In this document: positions 46,956 to 55,400 of the stretch, in pieces
How positions within the stretch are numbered: the stretch's first letter is position 1
Layout: every line of letters begins with the position of its first letter
From: a virus
Taxonomy: Duplodnaviria > Caudoviricetes
Virus record (IMG/VR): IMGVR_UViG_3300028833_000073
Span: 32,001 to 96,000 of that record
Reading direction: 5' to 3' (one strand)
DNA: 64,000 nt
Notes under the pieces: generated by a model
Told to the model about the DNA's origin: nothing
Seen by the model: only the letters and a program-made list of their open reading frames with translations
Database searches by the model: none
Program-made: the position numbers and the translations under genes

Positions 46956-49900
46956 ATGTCAGCTATAGTAGATGATCTGAAAAACTATATGCTATACAAT
47001 AAAAAGATATATCTTCCAATTAATGATGATGACCGTAAAAATGGAAGTGCTATCTACTTACTTACTCCAAACTTGAATTCTTCTAAAGATATCTTAGGAG
47101 ATGTATATAATCATACTAAGTATGATGGTGCTATTAACTGGGCTAGCTACTATATGGAAAAGGATATGTCCTTCTATTTCCATACTGAATCTCATAAGAT
47201 GTCTAGACTAAGATCTAATCTTATTCTAGAGGATAGTGAATATACACTTGAGACAAATGTTAAAGGGACATTAAGTGAGTTCAAACGAGTGGAAATAAGT
47301 GAAGAGTTAATAGATCAATATAGTGGAGATTGTGATGATGTAAATGGATTGATTGGTTACTTTCCATGGACTGGTTATCTATATATGAATGAGAATGATC
47401 AGATAGTTGCTGGGTTAAATGTGAATGTAGATGATAGAGATATTCATAAGATCTTTGTGGTCGATGAAGAGAAGTATGGTTATCTATATAAGGATCTAAT
47501 TGCAGAAGCTAGAAAGATGAAAGCTAACTACTGTACCATTAGCAAGAATAATACAAGTGCTATCAAAGCACTTGAAGAATTTGGTTTTACTAAGACTGAA
47601 GACTTAGTAGACAATATAAAGATGCAGTTTAAGATTCCTATCACTGAATCTACTAGAGAGTCTGAAGTTATTGACTTCTTAGAACACTCTACTATGTTTA
47701 GACATATTAAGAACAATATCCAGTTTACTGAGCAGTATAAAGCTTTTAAGAAGCTAGTTATCTACTACTGTGAGTTCTTCAATATTAAGAAAGAGATAGG
47801 TATTCTAGGTGCTATCATTGTCTGTAGTAATAACCTAATCAATCCAGAAGAGTTGAGAGGGAATCTAAAGATTCTTAACTACATGAGTCAAGAAGAGATT
47901 GCTATTGCTTATAAGGCTGCTATGGGAGCATATGAACATAAGTTCATCGGAGAGAATATATATGATAGAATTCTATTTGATGGTTATAGACTCATACACT
48001 TCACAGATATTAATGTCATTATTAGAGATGAAGTCTTAGCTTACTATGATGAGCATAGTATTAATGGAAGATGGGATAATAACTTCCTATACATGAATGA
48101 AGTAGAAGAGATAGTGGAGAATATTAAGAGGAAGCATAGTACTAGTTCACCTAATCATATGATTCTTAATCTCTCTTATAGCTACTATAGGAAAGCTCAT
48201 AAGAAAGTACAATCTGCTATAAATAAGGGATTAACTAATAAAATTATCATTGACTATAGGGTCACTGTAAAAGAATCTGCTGAAGATGATATAGCTGCTA
48301 ATATACTCAATGAAAGTCATATCTCTTTTGGGTATGAGGATGAGAAGTTTACTAACTATGATCCTGATTGGAGATTCAAGTTATTTCCTAACCACAGAGG
48401 ACCTGGATTTGGATTTACTACTAAGACTGACTCTAAGAATCTAAGAGGAATCATTATAAGTTCTGGTACTGAGGTTAAAGGTGTTATAGGTGTAGATGAG
48501 TATAATAATATCATTGAGATGTACTGGACTGATATCAATCCTACTTTCTTACTAATGATTGCAGAACGTAAGTTCTATGCCAATAAAGTAGCTGTACCAA
48601 GGGGATATAAAGTAGCTATAGAAGCTCTTCAAGAATGTTCTAGCTGGTGTGAAGTAGAAAGAGATGAGCATGAAATTCACTTTGATTGTTACTCTCAAGA
48701 GAGGATTCCATATAAAGATATTGGGATTACTAAGAATGTAGCAAATATCTTTAATAGACTATCTTCTACTGACAAGGAGTATCTAGGTAATCAGTATCTT
48801 AACCCAGTATGTATCTCAAGTACTATCTGGAGTAAGGTATTAGAGGATACAGCTCTTGTAGATGTCTATGTACAACCTACTATGCCAAAGATCGGATGGA
48901 TTGATATTGCTGTGGTAGAATCTCAGAGAGGTAAAGGTTATGCTCTACGATTGATAAGAGAAACTCAAGAAGAGATAAAGACTAAGTTCAAAGATATAGA
49001 TGCTCTAGGATGGGTATGTCATAAAGACAATACTGCTTCATATAATCTTGCCACTAAAGCTGGTTTCTATCCATATAAAGAAGTAGAAGACCACAAGTAT
49101 CTTCTATGGACTATCCACAATACAGATATGATTCCTAATACATTCATAGAAGAAACAGAAGAGACTGAATGGACTGTAAAAGGTATAGAAGAATCATCTA
49201 CTATCAATGGTGATGGAGTAATGATGTTCATAGATGAAGATGTATCTAAGGTAATGGATGATGCTAAGTTTGGATCTAAGCTAAAGAAGATTATGTGGGA
49301 AGATAGAATTAGGAATAATAAGCAGGTACTACAGATATATGACTCTGTTAAGAAGGATACTAATGGTGGTATCAAGTACACCTATCTAGATCTTAATCTC
49401 TATAAGGGAAGGAATCTATTTGTTGACTTGTCATTCTATAACATTAGCTTCTTTAACAACTATACTAAGGCTGCTCCGAATGAAAGAGGACTAAATGAGA
49501 TGTACTTTGAGCTAGTATCTAGATTGATCAATGATAAAAGAATCAAGGATAAATATAAGAAAATCAATGTAATCATTCCTATAGAAGATTGGTGTAAAGA
49601 AGATATAAAGAAATATAAGGCTGAAGCTGTTAGAAAGGCAGACTACTGGGAGAATCTTAGTCCAATAGGTTGCTTCTTATTCTATGCAGAGAAGAATCCT
49701 TTAAGACTTCGTCAAGAGTTTAAGAATATTAACTTCATCTTCATTAGTGAGAGTGGTAGTTTCTTTAAGACTAACTTCACTGACTATGATAAGTCTAAAG
49801 ATTTTGTTAAGTTTAGAACTGCTGTACATAGCTTACTTAAGAGAGTCCATATTCCTAAGGATGAGACTTATGATAAGAAAGCTATAGTTCATAGTGTACT

Positions 49901-52900
49901 AGATAAAATGGAGTCTAATGGAGAAAACAAAGTAGTCATCAATAGCATTATAGCTAAACCTGAAGAACCTGGTAGTATTGATATACATGATCCAGCAGAT
50001 ATGAATGAAGAACAAAAGAAGAAAGCAGTTGTAACTAAGATTACTAATGCTGCTGAGAAAAGTAAGAGTCCTGAAGATGTAGTTGACACTATGTCTAAAG
50101 ACAATGAGTATGCCAAGGAATATACTGAAAAACTACTTAAGGATCTAGCTGATAATGAAACAGGGAATGTTAAGCTATCTGCTGCTAGAAGTAAGAGATT
50201 AGATAGTTTGAGTGAGAAGTTCTTATCTCAGAAGGTAGTAGATAATAAAGCTAAGTTTAATGGTACTATGGAGGAGTATATCAACTATAATTCTAATGCG
50301 GAAGAGTTACCTGAGACTGCATTACCTATAGAGAGTATCAATGAAGGATGGAAGCATCTTAAGTTTACTAACTTTGATGCTAGATATAGTGTAAGATCAG
50401 ATATCTATGCTATTCTATACTCATTTGAGAATAAGACTAGTAGGTTATCTATAAGGGATAAGATTGATATTGTAGATACTAGTACTACAGAAGACTGGAA
50501 GGAAACATGGACTGTTCCTTTTGAAGCTGATACAGGTAAGAGATTCAAGTTGAAGTTTGATGTTCCTTTGTTGAAAGATAATAGAAATATGGTATTAGGT
50601 GGTAATGACAAGACTATGAATGGTCAGCTAGTACTACTACCAATATCTAAGACAGATGAAGATACAGCACAGATAGTATCTCTTTACAATAAGATCTTTA
50701 TTAGAAGATATAGTATGGGCAACTGTAAGGCTAATAGGGAAACCGATAGGTTAAATAAAGCAATAGAGATTTTTACTAAAGAGCATCCAAATATTATGAA
50801 AATAACATATGGAGATAGCTCTAAGAGTAATGTGAAGTATGCTCTTCCTTTCGACTATACTGAGCTAGCTAGTATGTACTATAGCATAGAGCTGTATAAG
50901 AATAATAAACTAGAGCTTAAGATACTATTCAATCAAGACCAAGCAAGAAAAGAAGCAGGTCTTAAAGATGATGATACAAGAATGCCATATGGATACACTG
51001 TAAGAAATGGTAAGAAGGAAACTCTATTCTGGTATACTGATGATAGGATGGTATTTGCTAGTCAGGTTGTAGGTGTTATAAGTGGAAGATCAATTGAGTT
51101 TTATGATGTATATAAGAAGATAAAGCCAGGTGCTAAGCATTGCTATAGTAAGGCAAGCATTTTAGGTACTGAGATTCCAGTGATAATCATTATGGCTTAT
51201 TGTGAAGGATTGATAGAAGCTCTTAGAAAAGCTCATATCAACTATATTATCTCTGATAAGAGGGTCAATAGTTATAATGATACTCATGATATGATCAAAT
51301 TCAGTGATGCTTATCTATACTATGAAGATACTTATATTGGATCTATGCTTATGAATGGTATTAAAGATGTAGATACTAAAAGTCACTCTATACAAGAAGT
51401 AGATTCTAAGTCAATGTGGACTGAATTCTTAGATGAATATGGTGGTAGAGCTAAGTCCGATGGTCTTGATAACTTCTATGATCTTATGATGGATCCTATC
51501 ACTATCGAGGTATGTAATGTATATAAGCTTCCTACTGACTTCTGTGAGATGTTAGCTTATGCAAATCTCTTACTATCGACGAATGAGTATATAAAGCATA
51601 CTGATCTTAGTTCTAATAGATATAGAACCAATGAGATGATTGCTGTTCATGCTTATAAATGCTTAGCAAAAGCTTATGCTAATTATAGACTACAGCTTAA
51701 GAAGGAAAGATCTAATGTAGCTATGACTATGAAGCAGTCAGCTATCATTGACTCTATCATGGAAGAATCCATTATGTCAGATCTATCCATAATGAATCCT
51801 AACCTAGAAGCAGAAGCTATCAACTCTGTAGGATTCAAAGGACTTACTGGTATGAACAATGATAGATCTTACTCATTAGACAAGAGAACTTATGACAAGA
51901 GTATGACTAATAAGATTGCTATGTCTACTGGATTTGCTGGTAACGTAGGTGTTAATAGACAGACTACTATAGATATGCAGATATATGGTACTAGAGGATA
52001 TATAAAGAACTCGGATATGAAAGATGCATCTGTTACTAATACTCTTAGCATCACAGAAGCATTAACTCCATTTGGATCTACTAGAGATGACCCATTTAGA
52101 ACTGCTATGACTAATATCCAGACAAGTAAGCATAACATGAGAATCAAAGAGTCCATGCCTATGCTAGTGACATGTGGTGCTGATCAAGCATTACCATATC
52201 TTACAGGAGATACATTCTCGTTTAAAGCTAAGGGTAATGGTAAGGTTATTAAGAAAAATGATGATTATATGGTCGTAGAGTATGATAATAAGACTAGAGA
52301 GATGATAGATCTAAGAGAGAATGTTAAGAAGAACTCTGATGGTGGTTTCTATATCACTGTGAAGCTAGATACTAATCTTAAGAAGGGATCTAGATTCAAA
52401 GAGAAGGATATATTAGCATATGACAAGGTAGTATATAATGACTCAGTAGGTGACGGTAAGAATATAGCTTACTGTGTTGGTGCTTTAGCTAATGTAGCTT
52501 ATCTTAATACTGATGAAGGATTTGAAGATTCTGCTATTATCTCCAATAGATTAGCAGAAGCTTTATCATCTGAAGTAGTAGTAGAAGTTGCTAAGAACTT
52601 ACCTTGCAACACTAACATATTTGATATCGTTAAGAAGGGTACTAAAGTACAAGAAGGTGACACTCTACTCTTATTCCAGTCTCCATTTGAAGAAGAGGAT
52701 GCTAATAGAATCGTCAAGAATCTTGCTATGGATAAGAAAGAAGTATCTGAGCTAGGAAGAATACCATTAAGATCTAAAGTAACTGGTGTAGTACAAGATG
52801 TAAAGCTCTATAGAACAGTAGAACTATCTGAGATGTCTCCTAGTCTTAGGAAGTTGTTCAAGGAATATGAGTCTAAGATAGAAGTAATGAGAAAGGACTC

Positions 52901-53294
52901 TGAAGGAATGCTCAATAAGGTTCCTCTAGAAGCCAACTATAAACTTCCTGCTGTCTCTAAGATGAAGAATCTAGAAGGTAAGGTAAGAATTGAGTTCTAT
53001 ATAAAGTATAATGACAAGATGGGTATCGGAGATAAACTAGTATTCTACTCAGCAGTAAAAGGTGAGACTAAAAATATATTCCCCAGGGGGTTAGAACCCT
53101 ATACAGATGATCGTGGTAGTTCTGAAATTATTGATTCACTTTGTCCATTACCTAGTCTCTTACATCGTATGGTAGCATCAGTTACGATTGTTACTGGTCT
53201 CTATAAGGGTGTAGTAGAATTGACTAGATATATGAAGGAAGCCGTAGGATTAAAATATATTCCATATAATCCAAGAGAAGAAATTAAAAAATAA
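46956..53294 (+). CDS. phage multisubunit RNA polymerase beta-like subunit (probably virion RNAP) with N-terminal GNAT-like domains
   Basis: C-terminal ~950 aa has beta motifs: GNVGVNR, DDPFRTAMTNIQTSKH, GFEDSAIIS, GDKL....KG, RM; GNAT motif A IAVVESQRGKGYA and HKDNTASYNLATKAGF near 48900-49070. Confidence 0.88.
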   Translation: MSAIVDDLKNYMLYNKKIYLPINDDDRKNGSAIYLLTPNLNSSKDILGDVYNHTKYDGAINWASYYMEKDMSFYFHTESHKMSRLRSNLILEDSEYTLETNVKGTLSEFKRVEISEELIDQYSGDCDDVNGLIGYFPWTGYLYMNENDQIVAGLNVNVDDRDIHKIFVVDEEKYGYLYKDLIAEARKMKANYCTISKNNTSAIKALEEFGFTKTEDLVDNIKMQFKIPITESTRESEVIDFLEHSTMFRHIKNNIQFTEQYKAFKKLVIYYCEFFNIKKEIGILGAIIVCSNNLINPEELRGNLKILNYMSQEEIAIAYKAAMGAYEHKFIGENIYDRILFDGYRLIHFTDINVIIRDEVLAYYDEHSINGRWDNNFLYMNEVEEIVENIKRKHSTSSPNHMILNLSYSYYRKAHKKVQSAINKGLTNKIIIDYRVTVKESAEDDIAANILNESHISFGYEDEKFTNYDPDWRFKLFPNHRGPGFGFTTKTDSKNLRGIIISSGTEVKGVIGVDEYNNIIEMYWTDINPTFLLMIAERKFYANKVAVPRGYKVAIEALQECSSWCEVERDEHEIHFDCYSQERIPYKDIGITKNVANIFNRLSSTDKEYLGNQYLNPVCISSTIWSKVLEDTALVDVYVQPTMPKIGWIDIAVVESQRGKGYALRLIRETQEEIKTKFKDIDALGWVCHKDNTASYNLATKAGFYPYKEVEDHKYLLWTIHNTDMIPNTFIEETEETEWTVKGIEESSTINGDGVMMFIDEDVSKVMDDAKFGSKLKKIMWEDRIRNNKQVLQIYDSVKKDTNGGIKYTYLDLNLYKGRNLFVDLSFYNISFFNNYTKAAPNERGLNEMYFELVSRLINDKRIKDKYKKINVIIPIEDWCKEDIKKYKAEAVRKADYWENLSPIGCFLFYAEKNPLRLRQEFKNINFIFISESGSFFKTNFTDYDKSKDFVKFRTAVHSLLKRVHIPKDETYDKKAIVHSVLDKMESNGENKVVINSIIAKPEEPGSIDIHDPADMNEEQKKKAVVTKITNAAEKSKSPEDVVDTMSKDNEYAKEYTEKLLKDLADNETGNVKLSAARSKRLDSLSEKFLSQKVVDNKAKFNGTMEEYINYNSNAEELPETALPIESINEGWKHLKFTNFDARYSVRSDIYAILYSFENKTSRLSIRDKIDIVDTSTTEDWKETWTVPFEADTGKRFKLKFDVPLLKDNRNMVLGGNDKTMNGQLVLLPISKTDEDTAQIVSLYNKIFIRRYSMGNCKANRETDRLNKAIEIFTKEHPNIMKITYGDSSKSNVKYALPFDYTELASMYYSIELYKNNKLELKILFNQDQARKEAGLKDDDTRMPYGYTVRNGKKETLFWYTDDRMVFASQVVGVISGRSIEFYDVYKKIKPGAKHCYSKASILGTEIPVIIIMAYCEGLIEALRKAHINYIISDKRVNSYNDTHDMIKFSDAYLYYEDTYIGSMLMNGIKDVDTKSHSIQEVDSKSMWTEFLDEYGGRAKSDGLDNFYDLMMDPITIEVCNVYKLPTDFCEMLAYANLLLSTNEYIKHTDLSSNRYRTNEMIAVHAYKCLAKAYANYRLQLKKERSNVAMTMKQSAIIDSIMEESIMSDLSIMNPNLEAEAINSVGFKGLTGMNNDRSYSLDKRTYDKSMTNKIAMSTGFAGNVGVNRQTTIDMQIYGTRGYIKNSDMKDASVTNTLSITEALTPFGSTRDDPFRTAMTNIQTSKHNMRIKESMPMLVTCGADQALPYLTGDTFSFKAKGNGKVIKKNDDYMVVEYDNKTREMIDLRENVKKNSDGGFYITVKLDTNLKKGSRFKEKDILAYDKVVYNDSVGDGKNIAYCVGALANVAYLNTDEGFEDSAIISNRLAEALSSEVVVEVAKNLPCNTNIFDIVKKGTKVQEGDTLLLFQSPFEEEDANRIVKNLAMDKKEVSELGRIPLRSKVTGVVQDVKLYRTVELSEMSPSLRKLFKEYESKIEVMRKDSEGMLNKVPLEANYKLPAVSKMKNLEGKVRIEFYIKYNDKMGIGDKLVFYSAVKGETKNIFPRGLEPYTDDRGSSEIIDSLCPLPSLLHRMVASVTIVTGLYKGVVELTRYMKEAVGLKYIPYNPREEIKK

Positions 53295-53313
53295 ATGAGT
53301 ATAACATATTAGT

Positions 53314-53540
53314 ATGGTGGAACCAAGTGCCGTAGTGATTGTACACTTTCGCTGGGATACTTTACTTGGAAGGCCATCATACAGATGAGGGAGACAAGAG
53401 GCCGCTTTATAGAGTCGTGAAGCTTGCAAGTGGGAAGACGTGGTACCATCTTTCTTAGGCCTGTAAGGCGGTCTAGTTTCCCGTTTATATCAATTTCTTA
53501 AAACCACGTCAAAATATATCCACTACCAATGGTAGTGGAA
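53314..53540 (+). ncRNA. candidate structured ncRNA A
   Basis: Own late promoter (53303-53314) and terminal hairpin (53520-53538); long G-U-containing stems; 8-bp long-range pairing. Confidence 0.6.
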
Positions 53541-53566
53541 TTCTATTTTCTTCAATACATTATAGT

Positions 53567-53705
53567 ATGACCATGTTCTTTGCTGGTTGCATTCATTGAG
53601 GGAAGGTGCGGATCCCTTAATGGCTTTTTGCTCATTTGAAAACGCTCTTCTTTTTGTTACACGATATTTATTCCTCTCTTAACGGAGAGGGATAAATATT
53701 TTATT
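53567..53705 (+). ncRNA. candidate small ncRNA B
   Basis: TACA-N6-TA promoter at 53556-53567; stem cattgaggga/tcccttaatg; long terminator hairpin; no RBS or meaningful ORF. Confidence 0.45.
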
Positions 53706-53730
53706 TTTTATATAGATACAACATAAAAAT

Positions 53731-53910
53731 ACCAGAAGTCATGACACTCTTTGAGTGTACACGTTTGCTCATGACAGTATGGTTGGTATTTAGGTTATCC
53801 GGACCTAATACTATGCCTGTGAAAGAAAGTTTGTAGATCCTTTCTTTCCTGGAACGCTTCGTTACAACAGAGAAGACTGGAGGGCGTAACCGCCCTCCCT
53901 CTTCGCTGTC
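53731..53910 (+). ncRNA. candidate structured ncRNA C
   Basis: AACA-N6-TA promoter at 53720-53731; chain of hairpins ending in ggagggcg-taac-cgccctcc. Confidence 0.55.
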
Positions 53911-53920
53911 AAAAATGTGA

Positions 53921-53954
53921 ATATCTCTGAATTCAGAGATATATTATATATGTA
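53921..53954 (+). promoter_or_regulatory. early promoter overlapped by a 22-bp perfect palindrome
   Basis: atatctctgaattcagagatat (53921-53942) overlaps ATATATTAT (53939-53947). Confidence 0.6.
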
Positions 53955-53993
53955 GTAATAGGGTACCTTGTTTAACAACAAGGAGGAATTACC

Positions 53994-54101
53994 ATGAGAT
54001 TCTTTATATATCGTCTAGCAGAAACCACCTGCAAAAACGAATGGATCTTTGACGTAATTAATCATGTAATGTTTGATTTACTTATCACTTGTTTGCGATA
54101 A
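53994..54101 (+). CDS. small 35-aa ORF in a highly folded mRNA
   Basis: AGGAGG at 53981; MRFFIYRLAETTCKNEWIFDVINHVMFDLLITCLR. Confidence 0.55.
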   Translation: MRFFIYRLAETTCKNEWIFDVINHVMFDLLITCLR

Positions 54102-54201
54102 GCGACATTACCTCTGATCCTCGTTGTTGTGACTTGCAATCGCTTACGGTGGTATGAATATCACTCGCAATGTCAAACTCAAGGTACCCTATTACTTTTT
54201 G

Positions 54202-54831
54202 TCAAATAGTCTTATCTTTATATTCATTCTCATACTTTCTAGATAGAGTAACACAATACTTATTCATCTCTTCATCTTCTTCACCATTGAGAGTATATAG
54301 AATCATTGTATGGAAGTTAGCATCAAAGGTTACTGCTAGTCTACTTAGGATGTAGTATGAACTAATCATCCACCAACCAGCATCTTGCTTATCATTGAAG
54401 AGAATATCAAAGACTTCTCTATCAATACCAGTTCTATAAGCAAGAATATTAGTGTTTCTTTTTTCTATGTTTTGTTCTCTACAATACTTGAGAACTAGTT
54501 CCTTCATCCATTGGAATTCCGTATAAGGATCTCCCTTGATAGGAATAAACTCTAATGGTTCATCTATCAATCCATACAGATAGTCACAATTGACATTAAG
54601 CTCTCTTGCTATCTCGTATACAAAAGAATCTGGGAACTCGTCTCTTACATAGAAACTATGTAAGATCTCATTAAGTCTTTTATCTGTATGATGGCTATGC
54701 ATTATAAATTTATCTTTAAGACTCTCTACTTCTATTTTTTTCTCTTCACATAACCTTCTAACTCTCATGCAATTTATTGAAATCATTATTTCACTCCTTC
54801 TTTCTACAAGGGTCATAATCTGGCACTTCAA
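54202..54831 (-). CDS. putative XRE/HTH transcriptional regulator
   Basis: EIARELNVNCDYLYGLID is typical of XRE HTH C-terminal helices; a second degenerate copy follows; true start probably internal (ATG ~54786). Confidence 0.5.
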   Translation of the reverse strand: MKCQIMTLVERRSEIMISINCMRVRRLCEEKKIEVESLKDKFIMHSHHTDKRLNEILHSFYVRDEFPDSFVYEIARELNVNCDYLYGLIDEPLEFIPIKGDPYTEFQWMKELVLKYCREQNIEKRNTNILAYRTGIDREVFDILFNDKQDAGWWMISSYYILSRLAVTFDANFHTMILYTLNGEEDEEMNKYCVTLSRKYENEYKDKTI

Positions 54832-55168
54832 AGACTCCAGATTTAACAGATTGCTCTTCTAAGTAATCTTCTAGGGTAGTTACCTTGACGACCACTTGAT
54901 TTTGCTTTTTAGAAAAATAGGCATCTTCAAGTGCCCTGTATTTTGTACATTTAGAAAAATCTATAGGTTCCTTAATAAGAGGATCCACTATAGCGAATAC
55001 ATTGCCTCGTTTTATATTAGCCATCCTTCCTCGCTTATATTGTTCATTACCATAAGCATCATCAGGTTGTCTAATATAAATCTTTCTAAGTAATCTATTG
55101 CTTCTATCATAATCATCAACTTCTAAAAACTCTTTAGGAATAACTGTAGATTCATCCATTCTTATCAC
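54791..55168 (-). CDS. hypothetical protein
   Basis: GAGGTGA RBS; late-type promoter at 55178-55189. Confidence 0.65.
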   Translation of the reverse strand: MIRMDESTVIPKEFLEVDDYDRSNRLLRKIYIRQPDDAYGNEQYKRGRMANIKRGNVFAIVDPLIKEPIDFSKCTKYRALEDAYFSKKQNQVVVKVTTLEDYLEEQSVKSGVFEVPDYDPCRKKE

Positions 55169-55227
55169 CTCATTAATTATTAAGAAGTTTAAGCTCCTAC
55201 CAATTATGGTAGGAGCTATAATATCCT

Positions 55228-55304
55228 TGGCGGCCCGTATTGAATTCGAATCAATGACCTAGGCTTTAGAAGAGCCTTGCTCTATCCAACTGAGCTAACG
55301 GGCC
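55228..55304 (-). tRNA. tRNA-Arg (anticodon UCU) with encoded CCA
   Basis: ggcccgttagctcagttggatagagc-aaggct-cTTCTAA-agcct-aggtcattgattcgaattcaatacgggccgCCA folds as a cloverleaf; late-type promoter at 55315-55326. Confidence 0.93.
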
Positions 55305-55400
55305 AAGATTTTCATACTACTATGTATGTATCTATATAATTTTTAATATACAATAGATACTAAAGTAAATAATATATGTTGTAAAGGAGTGTAATTACAT

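Noticed and set aside
53314-53599. Leaderless micro-ORFs MVEPSAVV... (24 aa) and MTMFFAGCIH at the ncRNA starts
   Set aside because: No RBS, start codon of the first is buried in a stem, and codon usage is atypical; RNA function fits better, though translation is not excluded
13220-53858. Shared 11-mer cctggaacgct in two ncRNA candidates (13220 and 53848)
   Set aside because: Flanks do not align, and 11-mer matches are expected by chance in 64 kb
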